In this document: positions 20,072 to 29,400 of the stretch, piece after piece | Layout: each line of letters opens with the position of its first letter | How positions within the stretch are numbered: the first letter of the stretch is position 1 | Source of the DNA: an uncultured Chloroflexia bacterium | GTDB lineage: Bacteria; Chloroflexota; Limnocylindria; Limnocylindrales; CSP1-4 | Direction: 5' to 3' | DNA: 64,000 bases | Assembly (NCBI GenBank): GCA_963814115.1 | Contig: CAWFBS010000016.1 | Location: forward strand, 256,431-320,430 | Notes under the pieces: model-generated | What the model was told of the DNA's origin: nothing | Databases searched by the model: none | What the model saw: the letters and a program-made list of their open reading frames with translations, nothing else | Program-made: the position numbers and the translations under genes

Positions 20072-20728
20072 ATGATCGACCGGATCTGGCGCGATCGTGG
20101 CCGGCTTGGCATCCTCGTGGCCGTCACGTTCGTCCTCGCCCACGACCTTGCGTTCCTGCTGACCTTCGGCTCGTCGTGGGACGCGGTGCTCGCCCGGACC
20201 GGTCATGGCGATCGGTGGACCGAGACCGCACTCGTCGTCGTCGGCCTTGCCGGAGCCCTCGCCGTCGCCGGCATCGCGCGTCTTGCCTGGCTGGCCCGAA
20301 TGGCCCGTCGCCTCGACGGCGGTCGGTCCACCGCACCCCAGGTGGGCCGCGGCGCGCTGGTTCAGGGTCTTCGTCGCGCCTGGCTGGCCATCTTCCCGAT
20401 CTCGCTTGCGCTTTTCGTCGTGGTCGAGAACGTCGAGCGCATGTCGGTCGGCCTGCCGGCGCCCGGGCTCGACGTCATGGGCTCGCTCGGGTTCGCCGGC
20501 ATCGTGGCGCTCTTCGCGATCGTCGCCGGCGTCACGGCCCTGGTCGATGCGCTGTACCGCTGGCGGCGGGACGTCCTGCTCGCGCGCATCGAGGCTTCCC
20601 GCCGCCATCTGGCACGCCCGGCCGCGGTTGGAGCGCTTCCGAATGCGCCGTGGGTCGAGCACCGCCACGCGGCGATCGCCGGACACCGGATCGCGGGGCG
20701 GGCACCGCCGCGGGCGACCGCGGCTTGA
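20072..20728 (+). CDS. Hypothetical integral membrane protein
   Basis: 218-aa ORF with four or more hydrophobic helices, divergent from the efeU-like gene. No recognisable motif. Confidence 0.45.
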   Translation: MIDRIWRDRGRLGILVAVTFVLAHDLAFLLTFGSSWDAVLARTGHGDRWTETALVVVGLAGALAVAGIARLAWLARMARRLDGGRSTAPQVGRGALVQGLRRAWLAIFPISLALFVVVENVERMSVGLPAPGLDVMGSLGFAGIVALFAIVAGVTALVDALYRWRRDVLLARIEASRRHLARPAAVGALPNAPWVEHRHAAIAGHRIAGRAPPRATAA

Positions 20729-20808
20729 TATCAGGCGCCCGCAGGGCGCCTCCGTCTCGTCCCGCCTGCGCCGCGGTGCCGCGGCTCGCTTCACCTGGAG
20801 ATCAGCAG

Positions 20809-21585
20809 ATGCCCCATCGATTGCGATTTCGTTTGGCCGACTCCCTTACCGCGGTTGGCGCCGCCTCCCTCCTCGCGATGCTCGTCGTCGGGACCGCCGA
20901 GGCACACGTCGTCAAGAGCTTCGGCTCGTACAGCGTCGCGCTCGGTTGGGCGCATGAGCCCACGTACGTCGGCGCTGCGAACGCCGTCCAGGTGATCGTC
21001 AAGGACGCCAAGGGCGCGCCCGTCACGGACATCCCAGACGGCGACCTCTCGGTGGTCGTGAGCGTCTCCGGGCAGACGTCGTCCTCGTTGGCCCTGGACA
21101 ACGCGTTCGACAGCGACACCGGGCTCGGCATCCCCGGCGACTACGAGGCCCCGATTGCCCCCACGGTGCCGGGCGACTACACGTTCCATCTCACCGGCAC
21201 GATCCACGGGACGGTCGTTGACGAGACGGCCACCTCGAGCGAAGCGACCTTCAACTCGGTCGTCGACTCGAGCACGGCCGACTTCCCCTCGAAGCTCCCA
21301 TCGATCGCGGATATCGTCACCCGGCTCGATCGAATCGACGCGCGGACGTCGGCCTCAGGCGCGGCGAGCCCGGCTCCCACCGCCAGCGCGGCAACCGGTC
21401 TCGACGCGGTCGCGGTCGCCCAGTCGGCGCAGTCAGCCGCCGATGCGGCCTCCGCCGCTGCCGCCTCGGCCCAGAACGACGCGAGCACGGCCCTCCAGGT
21501 CGGCGTCCTCGTCGGGGCGCTCGGCGTCGTCCTCGGGGCGGTGGCCATCTTCCTTGCGGTCCGCCGGCGGCCTGGTACCGCGTGA
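20809..21585 (+). CDS. Secreted, C-terminally membrane-anchored protein in the YcnI position (possible copper-binding)
   Basis: Signal peptide ...GTAEA, then HVVKSF... Cleavage would leave an N-terminal His. The C-terminus has a transmembrane helix and an RRRP tail. A GGAG ribosome-binding site precedes the start. Its stop overlaps the start of the CopC-CopD gene as GTGA. Confidence 0.45.
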   Translation: MPHRLRFRLADSLTAVGAASLLAMLVVGTAEAHVVKSFGSYSVALGWAHEPTYVGAANAVQVIVKDAKGAPVTDIPDGDLSVVVSVSGQTSSSLALDNAFDSDTGLGIPGDYEAPIAPTVPGDYTFHLTGTIHGTVVDETATSSEATFNSVVDSSTADFPSKLPSIADIVTRLDRIDARTSASGAASPAPTASAATGLDAVAVAQSAQSAADAASAAAASAQNDASTALQVGVLVGALGVVLGAVAIFLAVRRRPGTA

Positions 21586-23624
21586 GGGGGGCGGGCGTGC
21601 GCCACGCCGGCCGGACGACGGTCCGCGCGGTCGTTCTCGCCATCTACGCGCTGGTGATCTTCGCTGGCGTGGCGTCCGCCCATGCCCTGCCCCAGTCGTC
21701 GGACCCGAGCCCCGGCGCGAGCCTGGCGAAGGCCCCGAGCCAGGTCTCCATCGTCTTCGGCGAGCGCCCGGACCTGAAGCTGTCGTCGATCAACGTGCTC
21801 GACTCGACCGGGACGTCCGTCACGTCGGGACCCACGGTCGCCGCACCCGGCAACGGCGCGGAGCTCGTCGTCCCGTTGAAGACGCTCGCCGCGGGCGTGT
21901 ACACGGTCGCGTGGCGGACCGTCTCGGCAGTCGACGGCCACCTCGCCGCCGGGTCGTTCGCGTTCGGGGTCGGCGGGGCAGCCCCGCCGGCGTCGACCAC
22001 AGGCGCTGGGCCGGGCACTTCGACATCATCCGTGGGCCCCACGCCCGCCGCGATCGCCGGCCGGGGGCTGCTCTATCTCGGCCTGGTCGCGCTGCTGGGG
22101 GCAGCGCTCTTCGGCGTCGTTGTCACGCAGGGTGTGGGGGCCATCTCGCGGCGACTCGTGCCGGTAGCCTGGCTGGTTGCGCTGGCTGGCACGGTCGCAG
22201 TGATCGCGGCCCAACTGGCCGATGCGGGCGTCGGCTTGTCGGACGCGTTCGGAACCTCGTTCGGGCCCGTGATCGTGGAACGGGCCGTTCCGCTCGGCGT
22301 GGCCGGGCTCGCGATCGCGACGCAGGTCGCATGGCCTGCCGCGTCGCGGCCGGCACTCATCCTTGCGGCGCTGGGTGCCGCCGGGGCGATGTTCGCCGAC
22401 GTCCTCGCGAGCCACGCTGCGGCGGGAGCGTTGCCGATCCTCGGCGTGGCCGTCCAGTGGCTCCACATCCTTGCCGTCGGCGCGTGGCTCGGCGGCCTTG
22501 GCGGACTGCTGCTGGCGATTCGGCGCCGAGCAGGCGACGCGACAGCTCGCGCCGCGAGGGGGTACGCGTACCTCGCCACGGCCGGCATCGCGACCGTCGG
22601 AGCGACCGGCCTGCTGCGCGCGATCGCTGAGGTCGGCACGTTCGACGGCCTTGTCTCAACTGACTTCGGCAGGCTCGTCATCGCCAAGACGGCCCTCTTC
22701 GGCGCGCTCGGAACGCTGGGTGCGGTGAACCACTTCGTGAACGTGCCGGCGGCCGGGCGACGGCTCGGAGGGCTGCGCCGCGTGGGATCGGTCGAGCTCC
22801 TCGTTGGCGCGACCGTGCTCGTGCTGTCCGCCTCGCTCGTCAACCTCGCTCCGCCGGTCGAAGCTGGCGGTGGCGGCGCGCCGGTCGCCCAGCCGGCGTC
22901 CCCCGCGCCGACCGCGGGCCCCCTCATCCTTGCCGGCAACGACTTCGGGACCTCGATTCGCCTGAGCCTCGCCGTCTCTCCGGGGACGGCCGGGTTCAAC
23001 ACGTTCACCGCCCGGGCGACGGACTTCGACACGGGCGCGCCGGTGCCGGCCACAGCCGTCTCGCTCCGCTTCTCGATCCCGGCCCGGACCGACATCGGCG
23101 AATCGCGCCTCGACCTTGCGCCTGCGGGAGACGGGACCGGCATCTTCAGCGCCAGCGGCCCCAACCTGTCAATCGACGGTACCTGGTCCGTGACCGCTCT
23201 GGTGGTCAATGGGCTTGCCTCCGTCGAAGTGCCCCTCACCGTCACGACCCGCTGCCCGCCGGTGGCGGCGGGCCCGGTCTCGTCGGTCTCGGTCAACGCC
23301 GTGCCGGGACTGCCCACCCTCTACACGGCGTCGCTCACTGCCGGTCGGACGGTCCAGGTCTATCTCGACCCAGGAGCCGCCGGCGCGAATGAGCTCCACG
23401 TCACGTTCTTCGACCAGACCGGCACCGAGCTCCCGGTGCAGCAGGTGACGACGCAGATCGGCCCGTCCGGCTGTGCGCTGGCGTCTCTGACCCCGCGCCA
23501 GCTCGAGCCCGGTCACTTCGTCTCCGATACGACGCTGCCGGCTGGCACCTACACGGTGTCGATCGCGGGACCGGCCCCGAACGGCGACCAGCTTTCCGCG
23601 CGGTTCGACGTGACCGTCAAGTGA
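21582..23624 (+). CDS. CopC-CopD fusion copper transport/resistance protein (YcnJ-like)
   Basis: Signal peptide, then a CopC domain (HALPQSSDP...GVYTVAWRTVSAVDGHLAAGSFAFGV), then an eight-or-more-helix CopD domain, then a C-terminal extracellular Ig-like region. Confidence 0.8.
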   Translation: MRGAGVRHAGRTTVRAVVLAIYALVIFAGVASAHALPQSSDPSPGASLAKAPSQVSIVFGERPDLKLSSINVLDSTGTSVTSGPTVAAPGNGAELVVPLKTLAAGVYTVAWRTVSAVDGHLAAGSFAFGVGGAAPPASTTGAGPGTSTSSVGPTPAAIAGRGLLYLGLVALLGAALFGVVVTQGVGAISRRLVPVAWLVALAGTVAVIAAQLADAGVGLSDAFGTSFGPVIVERAVPLGVAGLAIATQVAWPAASRPALILAALGAAGAMFADVLASHAAAGALPILGVAVQWLHILAVGAWLGGLGGLLLAIRRRAGDATARAARGYAYLATAGIATVGATGLLRAIAEVGTFDGLVSTDFGRLVIAKTALFGALGTLGAVNHFVNVPAAGRRLGGLRRVGSVELLVGATVLVLSASLVNLAPPVEAGGGGAPVAQPASPAPTAGPLILAGNDFGTSIRLSLAVSPGTAGFNTFTARATDFDTGAPVPATAVSLRFSIPARTDIGESRLDLAPAGDGTGIFSASGPNLSIDGTWSVTALVVNGLASVEVPLTVTTRCPPVAAGPVSSVSVNAVPGLPTLYTASLTAGRTVQVYLDPGAAGANELHVTFFDQTGTELPVQQVTTQIGPSGCALASLTPRQLEPGHFVSDTTLPAGTYTVSIAGPAPNGDQLSARFDVTVK

Positions 23625-23770
23625 GCGCGACCAGGTGGCTCGCGCGTCCCGAGGGTCCCCGGGCGGTTCTACCGCTCTCGGCGCCCGGGATGCTGTTCGC
23701 GCCTGCCCGCGCGCTCGATGGCGGTATCGTTGCGGCCTTCGCCGGCCGCGCCTGCGCGGCAGTACGGCAG

Positions 23771-24268
23771 ATGAGGACCAGCATGGGACACCTTTCGCGT
23801 GCGGGGCTCCGCGCGCTCCCTGTCATCGCGGCCATCGCCCTCGGCGGATGCACGACGGGCCCGTCCGGGACGGCGGCGTCCGTCGGCGCGGCGTCGCCTT
23901 CCGCCGCACCGGCATCCGCGGCAGCCCCGGGCTCCACGCCGAGCGCAGCCCGCCTGTCATCCTCCGCCCAGCTCTCCCTCGTGTCGCCGACCGCGAACGA
24001 GGTGGTTCACGGCACGACGCTGCACGTGGTCGTGGCGCTGACCGGCGCGACGATCGTTGCGGCCACGACGACCGCCATCCGTTCCGACCAGGGCCACATC
24101 CACCTCTATGTCGACAACAACCTCGTCTCCATGAACTACGGGACGACGCAGGATCTCGAGGTCGCTCCCGGCACCCACATCCTGCACGCTGAGTTCGTCG
24201 CCTCGGACCACTACCCCTTCGACCCGCGGGTCGTCACGCCCGACGTCGTCTTCACGGTGCAGCCGTGA
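23771..24268 (+). CDS. DUF4399-like lipoprotein (putative metal-binding)
   Basis: Lipobox ALGGC. QGHIHLYVDN...PGTHILHAEF resembles the GHHHL / PGTHTL pattern of DUF4399. An Ala/Ser/Pro-rich linker follows the lipobox. Confidence 0.5.
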   Translation: MRTSMGHLSRAGLRALPVIAAIALGGCTTGPSGTAASVGAASPSAAPASAAAPGSTPSAARLSSSAQLSLVSPTANEVVHGTTLHVVVALTGATIVAATTTAIRSDQGHIHLYVDNNLVSMNYGTTQDLEVAPGTHILHAEFVASDHYPFDPRVVTPDVVFTVQP

Positions 24269-24294
24269 GGCGGCGTGGATCGCGACCGGGTGCC

Positions 24295-25764
24295 ATGCTT
24301 GTCGGCCTGGTTGCAGCATCGCTGGCGCTCGCCGGCTGTGCCGCCAGTGCGACCACCGCACCGACGAGCCCTCCGCCGATCCGGATCGGTGCCGTCTTCC
24401 CGATCTCGGGCAGCGCCGCGTCGCTCGCGGGCCAGGAGCTCCGCGGCGTCCAGATCGCGGCCGACCTCGTGAACGCGGCCGGCGGCGTGGCGGGGCGGCG
24501 GATCGAGCTCGACGTACGCGACCTCGAGAGCGCGGACCAGGCGCCGGCCGTGATGGCCTCGCTGCGATCCGACGGGGTGAGCATCGTCATGGGCACCTAC
24601 TCGTCCGACCTCTCCGTCCCGGCCAGCACGGCAGCGCAGGCGGCCGGGATGCTCTACTGGGAGACGGGGGCGGTCGCCGACCGGCTCACCGGGCAGGGGC
24701 TCCCGCTCGTCTTCCGGGTGGGGGCGAGCGGCACGAACCTCGGCACGAACTCCGCCTCGTTCGCTGCGCAGGAGCTTGCGCCACGGCTCGGCCGGACGCT
24801 GTCGCAGCTCCGCCTCGCGATCGTCTCCGCGCGGGACGACTACGCATCCTCGGTCGCCGACGCGGCCGCCTCGACGGCGACCACCGCGGGCGTCCCGATC
24901 GTCGCGCGGATCAGCTACGACCTGGTCCTGCCCAGCTGGCCGGACGTGATGCGCCAGCTCGCGGCCGCGCGTCCCGACGTGATCATCCTGGCCTCCCATA
25001 TCCCGGACGGGGTCGCCTTCCGGCAGGCGATGATTGCGGCCGGCTTGCACGTCGGCGCGCTCATCGGCTCGACGATGGCCGAATGCGACCCGGACTTCGC
25101 CGGCGAGCTCGGGGCGGACGCGGTGGGCGTCTTCGCGTCGGACCGCCCGACCGGTGGTTTTCAGCCGACCGCGCTCGGTCCCGCGGCCCGGGCCACGTAC
25201 GATCGCCTCGCGGCGGCGTGGGCGTCCGGCCAGGATGCGCCGGCGGCCGGGTCGCCGGGATCCGCGGCCGGAGGTTCCGGAGGCTCCGGCGGCTCCGGCT
25301 CATCCCCGGGCGCGTACGGTGGGTACGGCTCATCGTCCGGCGGCTACGGCTCATCGTCCGGCGGCTACGGCTCGTCCCCCGGCGGGTACGGCTCCGCCTC
25401 GGGCACAGGCAGTGGCTACACGATCTCTGGCCCCGACACCGCGAGCGCGGGCACCGGGCCCACCGAGGAGGGCATCTCGGGGTTCTCGGCCGCATGGGCC
25501 CTGTTCGACGTCGTGCTCCCCGGGGTCCCGGGCGGCTCGTTCACGGCGGACGCGGTGGCGGCGGCGGCACGAGCCGTGGACCTGCCCGAGGGCGCCCTCC
25601 CGAACGGCGCGGGGCTGAAGTTCTCGAGCGACCTGGCCACGCTCGGCCAGAACGAGCGCGCCGCCGCGGTGATCTGGCAGTGGCAGGCGGTCCAGTCCTA
25701 CACGTTCGTCTGGCCGCCGACCTACGCGACCGGGACGATCGGTTTCGTGCCGCTGGCCCGATGA
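24295..25764 (+). CDS. ABC transporter substrate-binding lipoprotein (type I PBP, Leu/Ile/Val-binding-like) with an inserted G/S/Y-rich repeat
   Basis: Lipobox LALAGC. IRIGAVFPISGSAASLAGQELRGVQIAADLVNAAGGVAGRRIELDVRD is typical of Peripla_BP_6. No permease or ATPase genes are adjacent. Confidence 0.75.
   Translation: MLVGLVAASLALAGCAASATTAPTSPPPIRIGAVFPISGSAASLAGQELRGVQIAADLVNAAGGVAGRRIELDVRDLESADQAPAVMASLRSDGVSIVMGTYSSDLSVPASTAAQAAGMLYWETGAVADRLTGQGLPLVFRVGASGTNLGTNSASFAAQELAPRLGRTLSQLRLAIVSARDDYASSVADAAASTATTAGVPIVARISYDLVLPSWPDVMRQLAAARPDVIILASHIPDGVAFRQAMIAAGLHVGALIGSTMAECDPDFAGELGADAVGVFASDRPTGGFQPTALGPAARATYDRLAAAWASGQDAPAAGSPGSAAGGSGGSGGSGSSPGAYGGYGSSSGGYGSSSGGYGSSPGGYGSASGTGSGYTISGPDTASAGTGPTEEGISGFSAAWALFDVVLPGVPGGSFTADAVAAAARAVDLPEGALPNGAGLKFSSDLATLGQNERAAAVIWQWQAVQSYTFVWPPTYATGTIGFVPLAR
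25270..25420 (+). repeat. Tandem 21-bp repeats encoding a (GYGSSSG)n low-complexity insert inside the solute-binding protein
   Basis: Units such as ggctacggctcatcgtccggc repeat four or more times and encode SGGSGGSGSSPGAYGGYGSSSGGYGSSSGGYGSSPGGYGSASG. Confidence 0.6.
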
Positions 25765-25813
25765 CGTCCGCGGGCCGTCGGACCTCCCCGCCCTCCGTCC
25801 CGTCCGGCGCGGT

Positions 25814-25828
25814 GTGCATCGAATGCAC
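25814..25828. promoter_or_regulatory. Perfect-arm palindrome GTGCAT-CGA-ATGCAC (candidate operator)
   Basis: 6-bp inverted arms with a 3-bp spacer, in the intergenic region upstream of the CPBP protease gene. Confidence 0.3.
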
Positions 25829-25977
25829 GATCCTGACGGCCCCGGGCAGACCAGCCGGCCCCGTCGGTCGAAACCGTCCGTCCTATGCGCGAACTCGACC
25901 GATTCACGGCCGACCTCTCCTCCCCATGCTGTCCCGCGGCCGGGACGGGCAGTCGCGGGCCGCCGACCCGGCCGGAG

Positions 25978-25992
25978 CGTGCATTCAATGCA
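25978..25992. promoter_or_regulatory. Second copy of the palindrome, GTGCAT-TCA-ATGCAC (candidate operator)
   Basis: Same arms, 164 bp downstream of the first copy. A half-site ATGCACAA follows at 26018. Confidence 0.3.
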
Positions 25993-26017
25993 CAACGACG
26001 CTCGTTTGGTGAGCCTG

Positions 26018-26833
26018 ATGCACAAAACTGACAGCCAAGCGGTGCTCGTACGCCCGGCGCCCGGAGGTCACAGCCAAGCGGTGCTCGTGCGCCCGGCGCC
26101 CGGAGATCACAGCCAAGCGGCGCTCGTGCGCTTCGCGCCCGGAAGTGACGCTCAAGCCGCCTTGGCGCGCCCAGCGCACGGCCCTGACGGGACCATCGCG
26201 GCCCTGGGGCTCGCCCGGCCGTCGGGGCTGGTGGGTGCGCCCCTTGCCCGGGCCGCGCTCGTCGGGTTCGTGCTCGCCGGCGCCGTCGGCGCGCGCTGGG
26301 CGGCGACCGTCGGCGGCAGCGCGGATGGGGTCACGGTCGGCGCGGCCTTCGGGGTGCTCCTGTTCGCCGGCGCTGCCGTCGTGGGCTGGCGCCCGGTGTT
26401 CCTCTCGGGAGGGTCGCTTGCCCGGGCCGGCGGGATCGGGCTCGCGATCAGCCTCGCGATCGGGCTGGCGGGCGGCACAGCGCTCCTTACCCTGGCACTC
26501 GCGACGCGCTGGCCAGGCCCGTGGCTCCCGTTTCATCCGGCCGTCTCCTTCCTTCCCTGGGCGGCCGCCACTGTGCTCGTCGCGAGCGCCGAGGAGGTCG
26601 TCCTCCGCGGCGCCCTTTTCGACGCGCTCGACGAGGCGGGCGGCACGCTCATCGCGCTCGCCGCGACGTCCGTCGCGTTCGCGCTGTGGCACGTGCCCCT
26701 GTACGGCTGGCATGTCGTCCCGCTCGACCTGGGGGTCGGGCTCTTCCTGGGCGGGCTCCGCGTGCTGACAGGTGGGGTTGCGGCGCCCGCGGTCGCGCAC
26801 GTCGTGGCCGACCTCGCGACGTGGTGGATCTGA
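26018..26833 (+). CDS. CPBP-family intramembrane metalloprotease (CAAX protease / Abi family)
   Basis: EEVVLRGALF, then FALWH, then AVAHVVAD motifs on a multi-helix core. The N-terminus carries 13-aa tandem repeats. The start is uncertain. Confidence 0.6.
   Translation: MHKTDSQAVLVRPAPGGHSQAVLVRPAPGDHSQAALVRFAPGSDAQAALARPAHGPDGTIAALGLARPSGLVGAPLARAALVGFVLAGAVGARWAATVGGSADGVTVGAAFGVLLFAGAAVVGWRPVFLSGGSLARAGGIGLAISLAIGLAGGTALLTLALATRWPGPWLPFHPAVSFLPWAAATVLVASAEEVVLRGALFDALDEAGGTLIALAATSVAFALWHVPLYGWHVVPLDLGVGLFLGGLRVLTGGVAAPAVAHVVADLATWWI
26028..26185 (+). repeat. Tandem repeat of about 39 bp, 3.5 copies, in the N-terminal coding region of the CPBP protease
   Basis: cagccaagcggtgctcgt(a/g)cgcccggcgcccggag(g/a)tca units encode SQAVLVRPAPGGH / SQAVLVRPAPGDH / SQAALVRFAPGSD / AQAALARPAHGPD. 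Confidence 0.6.
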
Positions 26834-27660
26834 TGGTCCCGCGGCGGCTGCGACGCACCGGCCTTGCCGCGCTCGCTCTGGGCCTGGGGATCGCGGCCGC
26901 GGCCCAGCTCGCCGCGCCCCTCGCCACGCCACCGCTCTACGACGGTGTCGTCGTCGTCCAGCCGTACGTGTACGTCAACCCGCCTGCCGGTAAGCCCGGC
27001 GGTGCGAAGGGTGCCTCGGCGCAACTGGCGCTCAGCGGCTCCAAGAGCCCGCTGGTCGCGCTGGCAACCCCGGAGCAGCCGCCCCAGGCCCAGGTCGTGG
27101 CAGGCGACGGGACCCTCGTGCTGCCGGCCACGGCGACCGCGCTGGATGTCTCGATCACGCCTCTTGACCCATCGGTGGACGCGGCTGCGGCGAGCACGGC
27201 GCGCGTCCTGGGCAACGTCTACCGGTTCGCGCTGGCCGACCAGTCCGGCAACGCCGCGACAGCCCCCGCCTCGGCGCTCGTCACCGTCGTCGTGCGGGCG
27301 CCCGAGGACGCGCCGGGCGCGACGCTCGGCCAGCTCGTCGATGGGGTCTGGCACGCACTCAAGTCCGAGCCCATGTTCGGCTCGACCTATGTCGCAGTGG
27401 TCACGAGCTTCGGCGACTTCGCGGTCATCGTCCCAGGTGCGTCGACGCCGTCGTCGGGAGTGTCTGCCTCGTCTTCCCCGGGGACCTCGTCGTCCGCCCA
27501 GCCGGCAGCGACGACACCGTCGGGCCCGGGAGGCGGCACCGACTCCGGCGGACTCCCGTCGGAAGCCGTGCTCGGTGCCGTCGTGGTCCTGGGCCTGCTG
27601 GCCTTCATCGGGATCTCAGCCCTGCTCCGGGAACGTCGCGGCAGGAGCGCCCGTCGCTGA
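26833..27660 (+). CDS. Secreted protein with a C-terminal Ser/Thr/Pro-rich region, transmembrane helix and basic tail (sorting-signal-like)
   Basis: Signal peptide MVPRRLRRTGLAALALGLGIAAAAQLAAP. The C-terminus has ...GGLPSEAVLGAVVVLGLLAFIGISALLRERRGRSARR. The start overlaps the CPBP stop as TGATG. Confidence 0.5.
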   Translation: MVPRRLRRTGLAALALGLGIAAAAQLAAPLATPPLYDGVVVVQPYVYVNPPAGKPGGAKGASAQLALSGSKSPLVALATPEQPPQAQVVAGDGTLVLPATATALDVSITPLDPSVDAAAASTARVLGNVYRFALADQSGNAATAPASALVTVVVRAPEDAPGATLGQLVDGVWHALKSEPMFGSTYVAVVTSFGDFAVIVPGASTPSSGVSASSSPGTSSSAQPAATTPSGPGGGTDSGGLPSEAVLGAVVVLGLLAFIGISALLRERRGRSARR

Positions 27661-27753
27661 CGCGGTGGGATGCTACCCTCGGCCGGTGGCAGCTGGGCAC
27701 CCACGCGCCGCCACACCAGGGGGGTGACACGACAAGCTGGGAGGCTCCGCGCG

Positions 27754-29400
27754 ATGGCCAATTCGTTCCACGACGCGATGGTGGCCGGCTATGCGCTCGC
27801 CGAGCCGTCCCTGGTGATCGGCAGCCCGATGGATGGCACGACGGCCCTGCCCGACGTGCGGATCCAGGTCGGGCTGTCCATGCTCAACCGGCACGGCCTG
27901 ATCGCCGGCGCGACCGGGACCGGGAAGACGAAGACCCTCCAGCTCCTGGCGGGCCAGCTCTCCATGGCCGGCGTCCCGGTGCTCATCGCCGACATCAAGG
28001 GCGACCTGACCGGGCTCGCCCTGCCGGGCGACGCGACCAACGCGAAGGTGCTGGCGCGGGCGGCTGACCTGGGTCTGGATTTCAAGCCGGACGGCCACCC
28101 GGTCGAGTTCCTTTCACTGTCGGGGAACCTCGGCGCCCAGGTCCGGGCGACGGTCCACTCGTTCGGGCCGCTCCTGCTGGGCCGCGTCCTCGGTCTGAAC
28201 GACACCCAGACGAGCATCCTGGCGCTGGTGTTCAAGTACTGCGACGATCACCAGCTGCCCCTGCTCGACCTCGCGGATCTCACCACCACCCTCAAGTACC
28301 TGGGCAGCGACGACGGCAAGGCGATCCTGGCCGACTACGGTGGCATCTCCGCGGCGAGTCTCGGCGTCATGCTCCGCGCCATCATCACGCTGGAGCAGCA
28401 GGGCGCCGGCATCTTCTTCGGGGAGCCCGAGTTCGACGTCGACGACCTGATGCGTGTGACACCCGGCGGGCAGGGGATCATTAGCGTCCTGGAGCTCTCC
28501 GATGTCATGGACAAGCCCGCCCTGTTCAGCACATTCATGCTCTGGTTGCTTGCCCAGCTGTACCACGCGCTCCCGGAGGCGGGCGACCTTCCGAAGCCGA
28601 AGCTGTGCTTCTTCTTCGACGAGGCGCATCTTCTCTTCGATGGCGCGTCGAGCTCACTGCTGGCGCAGATCGAGCAGACGGTCCGCCTGATCCGCTCGAA
28701 GGGCGTGGGCGTCTACTTCGTAACCCAGGTCCCGACCGACGTGCCATCGTCGGTCCTTGCCCAGCTCGGCAACCGGGTCCAGCATGCGCTCCGGGTCTTC
28801 ACGCCGGAGGACGCCGACAGCCTGAAGAAGACGGTACGGACGTTCCCGATGACCGACTACTTCGAGACGGGAGCCACGCTCACCTCGCTCGGCATCGGGG
28901 AGGCCCTCGTCACGGTCCTCTCGCCGCGCGGCGTCCCGACGCCGCTCGCCCCGACGCGGCTTTTGCCCCCCGATTCGCTGATGGCCGCCCTGCCGGCGGA
29001 CGAGCTCGAGCGGCGGATCCAGGCGGGCGCGCTCTACGCCACGTACGCGACGGCGGTCGACCGGGAGAGCGCCCACGAGATCATCACCGCGCGTCTCCAG
29101 GCCGCTCAGGCCGCGGTCGCCGCCATGCAGCCGAACGCGGCGACCGGCGGATCGGCTGCGCCAGCCGGTCCCACCCCGGCGCAGGAGCGCGCCGAGATCG
29201 AACGGCGGGCCCGCGAGCTGGAGCGGATCCGGCAGTCTGCGGAGCGCGAGGCACGGGCCCAGGCCAGGGAGCAGGCCACCGCGCAGCGGGCCGCCGAACG
29301 CGTCCGCCTCCAGCGGGAGCGCGAGCTGTCGCAGGTCGGGAACACGGTCCTGCGCGGCGTGCTGGGGACGCTCTTCGGCGGGAGCAAGCGGCGCCGCTGA
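27754..29400 (+). CDS. DUF853 / HerA-like P-loop NTPase (YjgR family)
   Basis: Walker A motif GATGTGKTKT, a Walker B region CFFFDEAH, and a long C-terminal charged coiled-coil tail (...ERRARELERIRQSAEREARAQAREQ...). Confidence 0.75.
   Translation: MANSFHDAMVAGYALAEPSLVIGSPMDGTTALPDVRIQVGLSMLNRHGLIAGATGTGKTKTLQLLAGQLSMAGVPVLIADIKGDLTGLALPGDATNAKVLARAADLGLDFKPDGHPVEFLSLSGNLGAQVRATVHSFGPLLLGRVLGLNDTQTSILALVFKYCDDHQLPLLDLADLTTTLKYLGSDDGKAILADYGGISAASLGVMLRAIITLEQQGAGIFFGEPEFDVDDLMRVTPGGQGIISVLELSDVMDKPALFSTFMLWLLAQLYHALPEAGDLPKPKLCFFFDEAHLLFDGASSSLLAQIEQTVRLIRSKGVGVYFVTQVPTDVPSSVLAQLGNRVQHALRVFTPEDADSLKKTVRTFPMTDYFETGATLTSLGIGEALVTVLSPRGVPTPLAPTRLLPPDSLMAALPADELERRIQAGALYATYATAVDRESAHEIITARLQAAQAAVAAMQPNAATGGSAAPAGPTPAQERAEIERRARELERIRQSAEREARAQAREQATAQRAAERVRLQRERELSQVGNTVLRGVLGTLFGGSKRRR

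Noticed and set aside
20809-21585. Confident assignment of the secreted His-first protein to DUF1775 (YcnI)
   Set aside because: Position and architecture fit, but the hallmark DUF1775 sequence features are not apparent by eye. It is kept as a YcnI-positioned hypothetical.
26028-26185. The 39-bp tandem repeat array as a possible CRISPR array
   Set aside because: The repeats are contiguous with no spacers, they are in-frame coding sequence, and no cas genes are present. It is a minisatellite, not a CRISPR.
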